A DNA stretch of 64,000 nucleotides from Octopus vulgaris (GCA_951406725.2 OX597835.1:24862001-24926000), one strand, 5' to 3'; shown: positions 38,527 through 52,813, counted from the first letter of the stretch. Made by a program: numbers and translations. The notes: generated by a model not told the origin, from the letters alone.

Positions 38527-39053
38527 TACGTTCGTTATAAATGTGGTGAAACGAATGAGAAAGGGGTGCTCTGTATATGTAGAGGATGTGGTTTTTGTAA
38601 TAAAACCGAAGTTGAGAGCTTGGCCCGCCGAGTTTCATGCCAGTGAGATTATCCGGCATAACTAGTTTCATTTAAAAAAGTATACATGCGAGTGCGTGTG
38701 TCTGTTTATGTGTATGTATATGAATATATATATATATATGTAGATATATAAAACCCACACGCTTGACTAAACCAAGTAAAAGAGTATATATACGACGAGC
38801 TTCTTTCAGTTCTCATCCATCAAATCCACTCACAAGGCTTTGGTCGACTCGAGGCTATAGGAATAGGCACCTTCTCAAGGTGCCACGCGATGGAACTGAA
38901 CCCGCAGCCATGTGAGTGGGAAACAAACTTATCACCACAGATCCACGCCTGTATACTATATGTATATTACATACATATTTGCATACACGTGCACATGCTC
39001 TTGTATATTTTTCTGTCAATAATAAAAGATCATCAAGCAGCGATAATCTACAG

Positions 39054-39283
39054 CAGTGTTTCTCAAGCGGGGGTTTTTTTTGTTTGTTTGTTTGTTTTTT
39101 GCCTATGGAACCCTCTGATTGGGTGACCCTTCCTAGGTATTCAATGTTTAGAAAATCATAAAATATTTTTGTAAGTGGATATTCTTAGAAACTGTGTATA
39201 CAAAAATTACTAAAATAGTTTATGTATTGCAGAAGTATAACCGATTTATTGCAGATAAATTCTTGAAGGGTTGAGAATCACCG
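39054..39283. mobile_element. Diverged hAT MITE
   Basis: CAGTGTTTCTCAA ... TTGAGAATCACCG termini. Confidence 0.65.
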
Positions 39284-39409
39284 TTCTTCACCCAAACTGA
39301 ACATCGGCAGAAGACCTCGTGTTTGCCCGAAGTGTTATTCAAAAGATTCAACTCGGAAACCCAATCACGATGGCCAACATCAATGCTCAAAATTTTTTAA
39401 GGACTAGTG

Positions 39410-39712
39410 TGGTTGTTTGTTCCTTCTCGAGCCATGCTTGGCTCATAATGTTTCTCGGTTTCACTGGCGTATAGGTTCCCTACCTGAACGGGACGCCGGT
39501 CCGTCTCAGGTGAGCTGCTAGATGCAGGAGGAGAGAGTGAGAAAAAGTTGTGGCGAAAGAGTCTGCAAAAGTTCGCTATTACCTTCTGCCGAAGCCGCGT
39601 GGAGTTTAGGTGTTTCGCTCATAAACACCTACATCGCCCGGTCTGAGATTCGAACCCGCGATCCTTGGACCGCGTGTCTGCTGCTCTAACATCGAGGCCA
39701 TGTGCCTCCACT
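39410..39712 (-). mobile_element. SINE with a family C head/body and a family D-like tail
   Basis: AAAGTTGTGGCGAAAGAGT body plus ACGGGACGCCGGTCC / CGGTTTC tail. Confidence 0.75.
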
Positions 39713-40011
39713 TAAAGGACAGAAGATGGAGATGAGAAAAAAAGAAAAGGAAAGAAAAAGGTAAAAAACACAAAGAAAGAAAGAAAGAGCGAAAGGCAAT
39801 CCTAGCAACGCACATCATGGTCTCTCGTCAAGTGTAACTTCTTCGGGCTCTCGTGTTTAGTGCAAGGGTTGGTGGTCTCAGTCGTCAGAGATATGACAAT
39901 AACAAATTGGAGAGGAAGAGACGAAATACGTTCGGAAATGAGGAATGGCCAACTACGCTTAGAATACATTCGGAAACGAGAAATGCCACGTATAGGCATA
40001 TATATATATGT

Positions 40012-40047
<36 letters not shown>

Positions 40048-40555
40048 TGTGTGTGTGTATGTGTGTGTGTGTGTGTGTGTGTGTCAGTGTGTGCATATAA
40101 ATTGATACATTTATATATCTAAATATGTACATATATGTATATGTATTGTATATATATGTATCTATATGTAGATATGTATATATATATATAGAGAGAGAGA
40201 GAGACAGAGAGAGAGAGAAAGAAAGAGAGTGAGAGAGAGATACGCATATATGCATATATATAAATATATGTTATCTCGGTCTATATGTATGCATATACGC
40301 TTGTATGTTTGTATATATTTAAGCATGTACGTATGTGTATATGTATGAATGCATGCATGTATGTATGTATGTATGTATGCATGCATGTATGTGTGTAAAG
40401 CCAGTCAGTCATAAAACACTTTACTTTTCACTCCCTCTCTGCCATATTACAAAGAATTTATGAGGTTTTATAAACACTTCAGAAGTGCTACATTGACAAT
40501 GTTTTTCCCAGACATGACGCCTAGCTTCATAACTATATACGTATATATATATATA

Positions 40556-40610
<55 letters not shown>

Positions 40611-40739
40611 ATAGATGCATATATATATATATATATATATACATATACGTAAACATATATGTATGCATACATACAAATATATTCATATATATGTGCTTGT
40701 CTGTGTGTTTGAGTGTATGTATATATATATATCTATATC

Positions 40740-40859
<120 letters not shown>

Positions 40860-41176
40860 AGTATATATATATGTATAAAAGTAGTTTTAGAGACGGAACC
40901 ACCCTCAACTCAATCAACATTGGAAGATTTTGTACCCGACCGAGCCATAAAATATTAAATATGATACTTACTATATCTATTCAGAATCACATACTTTCCA
41001 TTTTAAAGACAACACATGTTTCATGACGGTATGTCGGTATTTTTGAGATGTAAGGTCTCTAGTTTCAATACTCAATTAGATCAGCGTAATCCCAATCTTC
41101 AGGTCTGGATTCTACACATTAGTACCTTTAATTTGAACGTCTCATTCCTGTGGACCCGAAATTAATCTTCCCTAAG

Positions 41177-41244
<68 letters not shown>

Positions 41245-41281
41245 GAAGCTGTCGTTGTTATATATATACACACACACACAC

Positions 41282-41379
<98 letters not shown>

Positions 41380-41710
41380 AGAGAGAGAGAGAGAGAGAGA
41401 GATAAACCTACTTGGAAATGGATGGCGTGGCGTTTAGTCATATAATAATATAAATAATATGAATATATATACATACATATATGTACATACATATATTTGT
41501 ATATACATATACATATAAGAGTACAGGACGTCATAAAACGTAAACAACATGAAATACGAAAGCATGGAATACGAACTTTTTTGCGAATAACGAAAGAAAC
41601 AAATGGAAAACAAAGGCAAGCAACATAAAGGACGACCCTTCCTCAGTTGTCGGCTGTTTCATCTACTCCACATTTCGAGCTAATATATATGTAAGTATGT
41701 ACATATATGT

Positions 41711-41780
<70 letters not shown>

Positions 41781-41790
41781 GTGACTGTCG

Positions 41791-42044
41791 AGAGTCATTC
41801 TGTTTTAATGTCTTATTAACTAACACACTCACCGGTTCGATTTCCACTCATTTACTTTCTACGACTTAAAATCCTTAAAAAATCCTTAAAATGTTTTAGT
41901 CCGAAGGCTGCGGCACTGCGGCACCACCGCTGTTGAAGATGTTGCAAGAAGCAACGAAAATTTTAGAAAAAATGAATAAGTAAATCAGTGGAAATCGAAC
42001 CTGTGAGTGTGTCAATTAAGAAGGCATTAAACCAGAATGACTCT
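41791..42044. mobile_element. Fold-back Penelope-like remnant
   Basis: 67-bp inverted arms (41791-41857 / 41978-42044) with a hammerhead-like core in the spacer (41934-41965). Confidence 0.6.
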
Positions 42045-42533
42045 GGCCAGATACAATAAAATATGCTTCAACACACGAATTCACATAAAGAATCTTGCAA
42101 ACCAAATACAAAAACGAAATATATATATATATTTTATCTAGTTTCATATATAAGTTTCTATATATATAAGTGTGTAATTGCTGAACAACCTGGTGGGCGA
42201 CACTCGAGTTCCCAGTACCCTTGGTCCTCACGGTAAATTTGATTTCCCGCTTATTAGAGAGTAGCAACCTCAGTATCTATCGGATCTTTAACATAGTTTG
42301 AAGTAATAACGTCAATTTTATATTTAATATAAACATATATACACACATATGTACATATATAAATATATGCATTTTTTAAAATCATAGTTTTAATTCTCAT
42401 TTCAGTTGAGTCCGTGGTTCGGTAGCCTTTTCTTTTTTTGACGTCACTATTGAAGTTTTATATTTCTTAAGGATTTATTTCTTTGTCGATTTTTTTTTAT
42501 ATCAACAGATTTTCTTATATAAATATGACTCAT

Positions 42534-42584
<51 letters not shown>

Positions 42585-43370
42585 TGTATATATACATATG
42601 CATATATATATATATATATGCATATATATACAATATATATAATATATGCATATATATATATATATGTATGTAATATATATATATAAGTACATATATACAC
42701 ATATACATACATAAATATAAACATACATATATATATATATATGTATATATATCTATGTGTGTATATATGTATGTATATATATATATATATATATCTGAGT
42801 GTGTGTGTGTATACACATATATACATATAGACATAGGTATATACAAACATGTATACATAAATGTATCTCTAGATATATATATATATATATATCTGCCTAT
42901 GTTTTTGTGTATGAGTGTGTGCCAATATATATATATATATATATATATTACATACACATATTCACACACACATATATATGTGCCAATATATATATATATA
43001 TATATATATATTACATACACATATTCACACACACATATACAGAAAGAGAGAGAAGAGGATGCGTCGGTCTGTGAATGTGGAGGTGTGTGTACATGAGTGT
43101 GTCGGGTCTTCTTGCCCTAGAAAATGAAACGGCTATAAACAGTGAGTAACGTATTGTCCTGATAATGCACTAAGTGACCTACGCACAAGACGTACGCTTC
43201 ACTCAGACGTGTGGTCTAAACCAGCTTTGGGTTGTTGGCTTGTTGGTCTGTGGGTTTGCGGGTTTGTTGGTTTTCAATGTTCTCACTAGAATTTTGTGTA
43301 CGTGCGCTTGTGTGTGTGTAATTGGGTGTGCTTATGTGGGCCTGTGCTTGCGCGAATTTGTATATATGTA

Positions 43371-43414
<44 letters not shown>

Positions 43415-43521
43415 TGCGTGTGTGTGTTTTGGTGCTGTATTTCTGTTGACATTTTTGTGTAAGGATGTTTAATTGCGATTTGTATATGTGTGAGTGTATC
43501 GATATGTATACATATATATTT

Positions 43522-43593
<72 letters not shown>

Positions 43594-43594
<1 letters not shown>

Positions 43595-43856
43595 AAATGG
43601 GACAAGAACGCAAAACATCCGGACAACTAGGTGATACAAAAAGGGACAACAAAACATCCAGATAGACGATACAAAGAAAGCAAGGACGGATCATTCGAAG
43701 CCCTCTGTCCTCAGTCAAGCACCAGATTATCTTCGCAATTTCGGCTGATTATTCTTGAGATTGCTCCAATCTGGCCAGCCCAAAGGAAAAACTAAGCTAA
43801 GAGCATCAGATTCCTTGGAAGAAAGCAGCGAATTTATACGAAAACAAGGACGGAAA
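43594..43856 (-). mobile_element. Unclassified TA-embedded repeat, second copy at 53379-53692 (+)
   Basis: Shared GCTTAGTTTTTCC...GGGCTGGCC...CGAAATT...GACTGA...GGCTTCGA...TTGTCCCA between the two copies. Confidence 0.7.
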
Positions 43857-43897
43857 ATATATATATATATATATCGATACACACACACACATATATA

Positions 43898-44108
43898 TAG
43901 GGTGCTCAAAAAGTCTCTCTGCAGTGACTCTCCAAGAGTTAGACTCTCCAAGATATATTACGAAACATGTGTAAAAGAGTCAACTTATGTATTAAAAATG
44001 AAGGACGGCACATTCAACACTTCCTACAAAGTTTTTTAAAGTCTTGTAAAGTCTGATATATTCTTTTGTAGTCTAATATTACTGCGGAGAGACTTTCTGA
44101 ACACCATG
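43898..44108. mobile_element. Tc1/mariner MITE
   Basis: TAGGGTGCTCAAAAAGTCTCTCTGCAGT / ACTGCGGAGAGACTTTCTGAACACCATG-TA. Confidence 0.78.
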
Positions 44109-44272
44109 TATGTGTGTGTGTATGTGTGTGTGTGTGTGTGTATACACACATGTCTATAGAGATATGGGTGTGCATATGTTAATTGTTGTTCTTGTTTAAC
44201 TCTAAGTCATTCTCGATGAGTCATCTCTGAACGTAGCCTATCCAGTGGTGACCATTCCATCTATCTAACAGG

Positions 44273-44684
44273 TTAGGATCTTTTCTGTTTAGCTGCGCCT
44301 GTGGAAATTTCAAAGGTTAATGAAAATTTTAAAATTTGGTTTTTGGATGTAATTGTCCACGCTGAATCTCAGGAGATATTTAACTTTTTGTTAGATGTTT
44401 TCTTTTTTTTTTTAAGTTACAGAGCTGTAAAGTGTGATCATTTTTACCCAGTCAGAAAACAAGATTTGGAAGCTGTCGGTTTGTGCGTGACAACAGGTGG
44501 TATCAACTGTAAACAAATTTGCAAACTTTAAAAGCTATTGACTTTTTGTTTATTGATTTGTGGTGAAAATGAATTTCATTTCAATGATTAGCATACAAAA
44601 CTACATCATTACACCAAATATGAAGTCAATTGGAACAGAAATTGAAGAAACTTAAAAGCGGCATCGAAACAGAAAAGATCCTAA
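44273..44684. mobile_element. MITE with TTAGG...CCTAA termini (possibly Sola-like)
   Basis: TTAGGATCTTTTCTGTTT / AAACAGAAAAGATCCTAA, 18-bp perfect TIR. Confidence 0.75.
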
Positions 44685-44809
44685 GGTTATATTATTTCTT
44701 GTTTCTTCCCCCGTTTTTTTAATACTATAATGTGGCTTGAGGAGAATTTGGCTTCTATTTCTTGCTGATCTATTTATCTCAATGTACGATCTCAGATCGA
44801 TCAATCTCA

Positions 44810-45440
44810 GCGTACCCTGAGTGTTTCGTACCCACCCTGTTAATTTTGAAAGGGTACCTTCGTTCATTCCGAGAAGTATATTCGTTCTCTCATAAGAGTC
44901 CTTCGTTCTCTCGTAGGAACATCCTCGTGGAACCTTGGAGACACCCGTATTGTCTCTCAAAACGTACTCATGTTGACTCTAAAAAGGAAATTTCAGTGAC
45001 TCAAAGAAGTAACTTCAATGACTCTAAGATGTATCCCTATCGACTCTCGGGAATAATCTTGCTGATTCTAAAAGTTACTCTTGTTAACTCTACGCGGTAC
45101 CCTCAATAACTCTAAAAAGTGCCTTTATGGCCTCTTAGACGTGCCCAAAATGGCTCTAAAAGATACCTTCAATAACTCAGAGAGGTACCTTCAATGCCTT
45201 TAAAACTTATCCTTATTGGTTCGAAAGGTACTTTTGTTGACGTTAAGGGTACTTTTGTTGACGTTAAGAAATACCCTAATTGATGCAATGGAGTAACTCC
45301 GTTGACACTAAGTAGGACACTTATCGATTCTAATTGGTACGTAAGTTGATTTAAGAGGTGTCCCCATTGTCTCGAAGGACTTTTGTTGACTACAAGCGGT
45401 GTCTGTATTAAATGTAAACGGGTCCCCTCTATAGCTAGGA
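44810..45440. repeat. Highly diverged 21-22-bp minisatellite
   Basis: Approximate consensus AGGTACCCTTGTTGACTCTAAG; an exact 21-bp doublet GGTACTTTTGTTGACGTTAAG at ~45227-45268. Confidence 0.75.
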
Positions 45441-45846
45441 TATTGCCCCGCCCCCGTCGCTTCGTAACTCCCACACTCGTTCGTTCATAGAAACTTCCTC
45501 GTTCGGTTGTATGTACCTATATATTGTTTACTGAGGTGCATAGTAGTGACGATTAATTAACCAGAAACCAATTAAAACAAATTTAATTCACGTGGCGAAA
45601 AATGTAGAATTTAGGATGGGTGGGAGCGAGTGACCGTTGTCATCGCAGTCGTCGTTGTTGTTGTAGCTGATATTTTTTTTCCACCGAAATACTCTCACAT
45701 AGGAATCCTTTTAAAGACGTCGCTTGATCTACACGAGGCGGAGAATCAAGTTTCTCAAACGAAAAAAACAAAAAAAATCAAACAAAAAGTCACACACGAC
45801 TTTCCATACAGGGTACGCATTACATGCTTCTCAGAAACCTCTGGTG

Positions 45847-45891
<45 letters not shown>

Positions 45892-45926
45892 AATTATTTA
45901 TTATTATTATTATTATCATTATTATC

Positions 45927-45957
<31 letters not shown>

Positions 45958-45959
45958 AA

Positions 45960-45994
<35 letters not shown>

Positions 45995-46005
45995 CATTAT
46001 TATTA

Positions 46006-46051
<46 letters not shown>

Positions 46052-46436
46052 GGCGGCGAATTGGCAGTATCGTTAGCACGCCGGGTGAAATGCTTAGCGG
46101 TATTTCGTCTGTCGTTACGTTCTGAGTTCAAATTCCGCCGAGGTCGACTTTGCCTTTCATCCTTTCGGGGTCGATAAATTAAGTACCAGTTACGCACTGG
46201 GGTCGATGTAATCGACTTAATACCTATGTCTGTCCTTGTTTGTCCACCTCTGTGTTTAGCCCCTTGTGGGTAATAAAGAAATAGGTATTTCGTCTGAGTT
46301 CAAATTCCACCGAGGTTGACTTTGCCTTTCATCCTTTCGGGGTCGATAAATCAAGTACCAGTGAAACACTGGGGTCGATATCATTGACTAGTCTCCTCCC
46401 CACAAATTTCAAGCCTTGTACCTTTAGTAGAAAAGA

Positions 46437-46504
<68 letters not shown>

Positions 46505-46720
46505 CGGCGGGCTGGCAGAATTGTTAGCGCGCTGTACGAAATGCTTAGAGGTATTTCAACCGTCTCTACTTTCTAAGTTCAAATTCCACCGAGATCGACT
46601 TTGCATTTCATCATTTCAGGGTCAATAGAATAAGTACCAGTTGAACACTGGGGTCGATGTAATCGACTCATCCCCATCTCCTCCAAAATTGCTGCCCTTG
46701 TGACAAAATTTGAAACCATT
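46052..46720 (+). mobile_element. SINE B dimer (46052-46437) and monomer (46504-46720) in (TTA)n
   Basis: GGCGGCGAATTGGCAG and GCGGCGGGCTGGCAG heads with family B cores; an opposite-strand fragment lies at 47024-47188. Confidence 0.9.
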
Positions 46721-46733
46721 ACTGTTGTTGTTT

Positions 46734-46797
<64 letters not shown>

Positions 46798-46935
46798 CAT
46801 TGTTATTAACAAGTGTATTAATTCGACCATCCGTATTTACATATACAATTAATCGTATTTACATATACAATTAGCGGCATTTCGCCCGGTGTGCTAAATT
46901 TTCTCCCACCTCGCCGCCCTTATAATAATAATAAT

Positions 46936-46966
<31 letters not shown>

Positions 46967-47320
46967 TAACAACAACAGTAACAACAACAACAACAACAAC
47001 AACAATAATAATAATAATAATATTTTCTATTCTAGGCAGAAGGCCCGAAATTTTGAGGGCGGGTACCAGTCAATTAGATTGACACCAGTACGCATCTGGT
47101 ACTTAATTTATCGATCACCGAAAGACGAAAGGCAAAGTCGACCTTGATGGAATTTGAACTCAGAACATAAAGAGAGACGAAATACCGCAAACAGAGAACA
47201 GGTGTGGTATTCAAAGCTTTTTAAAAGACATTTGCGAAATAGATTTAGTGGACAGAATCAGTCAAGAAGAGTGTTTTCAGTGTGTCATTGGCATAATTCG
47301 TTGCCCAGTTTGACTCTTAC

Positions 47321-47456
47321 ACCTGGAGATACACGGGGTGGCTTTAGCAAAGTCCACTCTGTTGCAATCGTTCGAAGCAACACTTCGGTCTGGCGATGAC
47401 TTCCTCCCATCTGCAACGGGGTCCCTAGAAGGGGTCATAACAGTGCCCTTCCTCTG
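47321..47456 (-). CDS. Candidate internal coding exon of an unidentified gene
   Basis: Long polypyrimidine tract ending TTAATCAG/CAG and donor GT/GTAAGA; only one open frame (QRKGTVMTPSRDPVADGRKSSPDRSVASNDCNRVDFAKATPCISR); ~54% GC in an AT-rich context. No homology recognised. Confidence 0.35.
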
Positions 47457-47652
47457 CTGATTAAGCGATAAAGAAAATAGATAAACCAAATAAAGAATAT
47501 CCCCTAAAATGTACCGAAACACACCCGAGAACATTGTTAAATGTATAGAAACGTACCCGATAACATTGTGAACCCACCCCGTCCTCTCTAATGATGAAGA
47601 CCCTTTAAAGACTTTCTTCTCCTGTTTGTTTGCCAACTTCATCTTGTGTATA

Positions 47653-47698
<46 letters not shown>

Positions 47699-47811
47699 CA
47701 TTCATGCCAAGAAAGATAGTTAAGTGCAGATAATATGAGAGGTTAGATAGGCTGACAGACAGACAGATACATAGGATAGACAGGCAGACATGTAGGTAGG
47801 TAGGTAGCTAG

Positions 47812-47812
47812 T

Positions 47813-47876
<64 letters not shown>

Positions 47877-48313
47877 CATACATACACACATACATACATT
47901 CATACATACATACATACATACATTCATACATACACATACATACATACATACATACATACATACATACATTCATACATACATACATACATACACATACATG
48001 CATACATACATACATACATACACATTCATACATACACATACATACATACATACATACATTCATACATACATTCATACATACATACATACATACGTACATA
48101 CATACATACATACATACATACATACATACATACATACGTACATACATACATACATACATACATACATACATACATACATACACACATACATACATACATT
48201 CATACATACATTCATACATACATACATACATACATACATACATACATACATACATACATACATACATACATACATACATACATACATACATACATACATA
48301 CATACATACATAC
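47812..48313. repeat. Compound (GATA)n/(TACA)n microsatellite
   Basis: Direct reading; representative of many dozens of (TA)n, (CA)n, (TACA)n, (GATA)n and (TTA)n tracts across the window. Confidence 0.97.
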
Positions 48314-48838
48314 GCACGTCATTCCTATTGGGCTCCCCCCAAGTTCATGTGCTAACATACAGCAACACTCAACAGCGGATTCGTAACTGAAAAGAAGAAA
48401 TTCAATATAAATCTGGTTAATAGACTTTAAACAAACACGTATTAGCGAGCGGCTATTTTCGAAATGCATACAAACACTCGCACGCGCGCGCATACGCTGA
48501 CGCAGGTACACCTCATATACGTACATTCATACATATATATACATGTGTGTGTGTATGTATATATACACACACATATCCATGTATTATTTATATGTATGTG
48601 TGGATGTACTCATATCATACATATATACATACATACATAATTTATGTGAGTGTATAAATATATTTTGGGTTGAATATAACTGTAAATAGTAAAAATAATT
48701 ACCATAAAATTCGACACACCACAGCTGTGATGTATGTATATATAGATATATATATATATCTACATACATGTATATGTGTGTGTGTGTATCTCTATATATA
48801 TATGTGTGTGTGTGTGTTGTGTGTACGTTTATATGTAC

Positions 48839-48912
<74 letters not shown>

Positions 48913-49189
48913 GCATACACACATACATACACACACACATATACACACATGCATACACGTACGCATGCATATATGTATGTGTGCACGTACGTGAATAAAT
49001 ATGACACAGAAAAACACATTCTGTATCTTATGTAGGACTAAGTCAAATGGTGTTTATTTTGTTAAAAGTCCACAGACAGTCAGTAAATAGCTGTTGATCC
49101 GACATTGGCGAGAACTCTTGGCGTATATAAATAAATACACCAATTTGGAATTATATCTACTTCATATGTACATATATATACATACACAA

Positions 49190-49230
<41 letters not shown>

Positions 49231-49554
49231 CATACATACATATATACACAAGCACACACATATACATATATATATATACGCGTTTGTATGCATGTATTTG
49301 TATATATATATATATATATATATGTATATGTGTGGGGGGAGGTTTTGTGTGTGTGACTGTTTAAGTGAAATATGTTTATTCTCTTCTCGACTATTCTATC
49401 TAGAAACGAAAAAAAAGGACTTTTCTTTCTATTTTTTTCTGAACGTAAACCTAGTACACAGTTTATGCTTGTCTTTTTTCCCTCATTTTTCTATTTATAT
49501 ACATATTTATATTACCTATGTTACATATATTCTTTTATTTTTTTTCTGTCAACA

Positions 49555-49853
49555 GACTGCGGCCATGTTGGGGCACTGTCTTGAAAAGGTTTAGTCAAAC
49601 GGATCGACTCCAGTACCGTTTTTTTTAGCCTGGAACCTATTCAATCAGGCTCTTTTGCTGAACTGCTGAGTATACAGAGAGACATACACATATACGCCGG
49701 GATTCTTTCAGTTCCTGTCTACCAAATCCACTCACAAAGTTTCGGTTGGCCCGACAGTAGAAGACATTTGTCCAAGGTGCCACGCGGTGTGATTGAACCC
49801 GGAACCATGTGGTTGGAAAGTAAACTTCTTACTACACTGCCGCGTCCCTGCCT
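49555..49853 (-). mobile_element. SINE family A, diverged with internal deletions
   Basis: Tail GACTGCGGCCATGTTGGGGCAC through to head CTTACACACTGCCGCGTCCCTGCC. Confidence 0.8.
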
Positions 49854-49860
49854 TTACATA

Positions 49861-49997
49861 TCTATTATATAAAATCCGTTCTGTGTGTCTATGTGTGTCT
49901 TCAAGGATCTCGGGCATCCTCCATCCGATTGCGCTCAAATTTGATATGTAGATACCGACGGTATCAGGGCGTGTATAAGTCTTGAAAAAATCACAAA
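49861..49997 (+). mobile_element. Helitron-like element, copy 2 (3'-truncated)
   Basis: Near-identical to 716-848; begins with TC after an A. Confidence 0.7.
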
Positions 49998-50017
49998 TAT
50001 ATATATATATATATATA

Positions 50018-50691
50018 GCTGGATGGATCCTCCCAACTTTCAAAACAAGAGAAAAGGACACATTGATTGTCCTTTGGAGTGCATACGTCCTCAGCTGCTT
50101 GGACTACTGCTCCCAATTATGGTCACCACACAGTATAAAATTCACGGCGGAGCTCGAAGCAATCCAACGAAGCTACACTAAGAAAATCGTCTCAATGCAA
50201 CGTATCAGTTATTGGGGAAGATTGAAAGGATTAAAGTTCTTCTCCCTAGAACGAAGGCGGGAAAGACATACAGTGATATACATCTGGAAAATCCTGGAAA
50301 GCTTTGTACCAAACTTTGGTATCGAACTTCTCAAACAGCAGAACGGGGCGCCACTACATAATGCCAAAGGTCCCAGCATCGCCATCAAAATACAGGACCA
50401 GGTACTGCAACAACTTGGGTTTCATGGGCCCACAGTTTTTCAATATCCTTCCAAAATGCCTAAGGGACCTGCATGGTGCGAATGTGTCATTAAAACAAAA
50501 CTCCATCTATTCTTGTCAAGGGTTCTAGACGAGCCGATCTCACGACAGGAATCAGAAATGAGGGCAGCGGATTCAAACTCCCTCGTTGAACAGATACCAC
50601 ATATCAGAGGAAATTTCAAATAATGGTGTAGCACAGTCAACGGTGGTACCCCAGTATGACCACAACTTTGAAGCTGGAACATTTTTAAAGA

Positions 50692-50693
<2 letters not shown>
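50018..50693 (+). mobile_element. 3' end of a CR1-clade LINE (ORF2 C-terminus plus 3' UTR), frameshifted
   Basis: LDYCSQLWSPH...LEAIQRSYTKKI...SYWGRLKGLKFFSLERRRER...IWKIL and GPQFFNILP...KTKLHLFL. Confidence 0.9.
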
Positions 50694-50740
<47 letters not shown>

Positions 50741-50769
50741 GTGTATATGTGTGTGTGTGTGCACATATG

Positions 50770-50805
<36 letters not shown>

Positions 50806-50851
50806 CATACACACACGTGTATATGTATGTGTGTGTGTGCAAATATGTATG

Positions 50852-50894
<43 letters not shown>

Positions 50895-51294
50895 TATGGC
50901 CTTATGCTTGTATATGCGTACGTACATCTGAATATAAATACAGCTTTTTTATATTTACCAATGTACACGGTGAATGTGTATGTGTGTGTGCGATTATATA
51001 TATGTGTGCGAGTATGTGTAGTTTGTATTTGCGTTCATGTACGCATACGTATATACATATATATCATATATTTATACATGTGTATATAGACGTATTATGT
51101 ATGTATATGTTTACACTCTGACAAACACACACATGCGCGAGCACATACACACACATGTATACATGTGTGTGTGTATATACATATCGTATTGGCATCAAAT
51201 GATGCTGTAATATCTGGAGGCTAAAATGATTTCAGCTGTTGTGGACATTACTATGTTCGACTGAAGAAAGAGCAGCGGGAGGGAACGAAGAAGG

Positions 51295-51551
51295 AAGAAG
51301 AAGAAGAAGAAGAAGAAGAAGAAGAAGAAGACGAAGAAGAAGAAGAAGAAGAAGAAGAAGAAGAAAAAGGAGAGAAGAAGAAGAAGAAGAAGAAGAAGAA
51401 GAAAAGAAAAGAAGAAGAAGAAGAAGAAGAAGAAGAAGAAAAAGAAAAGGAGAAGAAGAAGAAGAAGAAGAAGAAGAAGAAGAAGAAGAAGAAGAAGAAG
51501 AAGAAGAAGAAGAAGAAGAAGAAGAAGAAGAAGAAGAAGAAGAAGAAGAAA
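51295..51551. repeat. (GAA)n tract
   Basis: ~255 bp of pure and interrupted GAA. Confidence 0.97.
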
Positions 51552-51811
51552 CAGGAAAGAAAAGTACTAGAGTAAGCGTATTCTTGACGTTGCAGTCATA
51601 ACGCCCGCCCCCTGGTGGGATAATAGTGAAAAAAGGGACAGACAAATCTAAACAAAGATGTGTGCCGCAATGGTGGCTTTTAATGATGAACAGTTTTAGT
51701 CTATGTGTAAATGTTGTTTGAGTTCGTGACGATCCGTTGTCAGTTGGATATGGTGGAGGTTATGAAGATTTCTATTAGAGTCCTTCATTACTGATGTCTT
51801 TTCTCAATATC

Positions 51812-52040
51812 TATTTCTTTATTACCCACAAGGGGCTAAACATAGAGGGGACAAACAAGGACAGACATAGGTATTAAGTCGATTACATCGACCCCAGTGC
51901 GTAACTGGTACTTAATTTATCGACCTCGATAGGATGAAAGGCAAAGTCGACCTCGGCGGAATTTGAACTCACAACGTAACGGCAGACGAAATACCACTAA
52001 GCATCTCGCCCGGCGTGCTAACGTTTCTGCCAGCTCGCCG
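51812..52040 (-). mobile_element. SINE family B with TSD
   Basis: Flanked by TCTTTTCTCAATATCT-like direct repeats. Confidence 0.9.
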
Positions 52041-52100
52041 TCTTTTCTCAATATCTGTACTGACTTTGTATCTGTGTGTGCATGCGTGCGTGCGTGTGTG

Positions 52101-52211
<111 letters not shown>

Positions 52212-52356
52212 TTGTGTGTGTATGTGTGTATATATATATATGAAGATCTTTGTATATGCTAGGCTACTGGATTTAAATTGATATTAATTAAATTAATATT
52301 CAATTTATCCGCATTATTTAAATTTATATATATATAACAGGAAGTTATATATATAT

Positions 52357-52813
52357 AGAAACAGGAAGAGAGAGTGAGAGAAAGTTGTGGCGAAAGAGTA
52401 CAACAGGGGTCGCCACTACCTCCTGCCGGAGCCTCGTGGAGCTTTTAGGTATTTTTAGCTGAATAAACACACACAACGCCCGGTCTGGGTTCGAAACCGC
52501 CATCCTCCGACCGCGAGTTCACTGCCCTAACCACTGGGCCATTGCGCCTCCACATAAAATAAATGCGCCTTTTTTAAAGCCTAGCCAGGCTCATGGGCTC
52601 GGTTTCCCGGTTTCTATGGCGTATGTGTTCTCCAGCTGGACGGGACGCCAGTCCAGCACAGCGTTACTCATTTTTGCCAGCTGAGTGGACTGGAGCAACG
52701 TGAAATGAATTGTTTTGCTCAAGAACACAACGCGTCGCCCGGTCCAGGAATCGAAACCACAATCTTATGATCATGATGCTGACACCCTAACCACTAAGCC
52801 ACGCGCCTCCACT
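52357..52813 (-). mobile_element. Head-to-tail SINE D (52555-52813) and SINE C (52357-52553)
   Basis: Both have GTGGAGGCGC..TGGC..AGTGGTTAGGG...GGTTTCGA tRNA-like heads on the minus strand. Confidence 0.88.

Noticed and set aside
39853-39995. Possible + strand exon
   Set aside because: The acceptor is plausible but the donor is weak, two frames are open and no peptide is recognisable.
43594-43856. Hammerhead in the 43594/53379 repeat family
   Set aside because: CTGA(A/G)GA and GAAA boxes are present, but not in an order and pairing I could fold.
49982-50623. 213-aa ORF as a host gene
   Set aside because: CR1 ORF2 C-terminus fused to a Helitron fragment and TA repeat, frameshifted.
51239-51601. 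Poly-R/poly-E ORF
   Set aside because: Translation of (GAA)n.
52480-52553. tRNA genes at SINE heads (also 20110-20135)
   Set aside because: A/B boxes are present but there is no complete cloverleaf, and most continue into SINE bodies.
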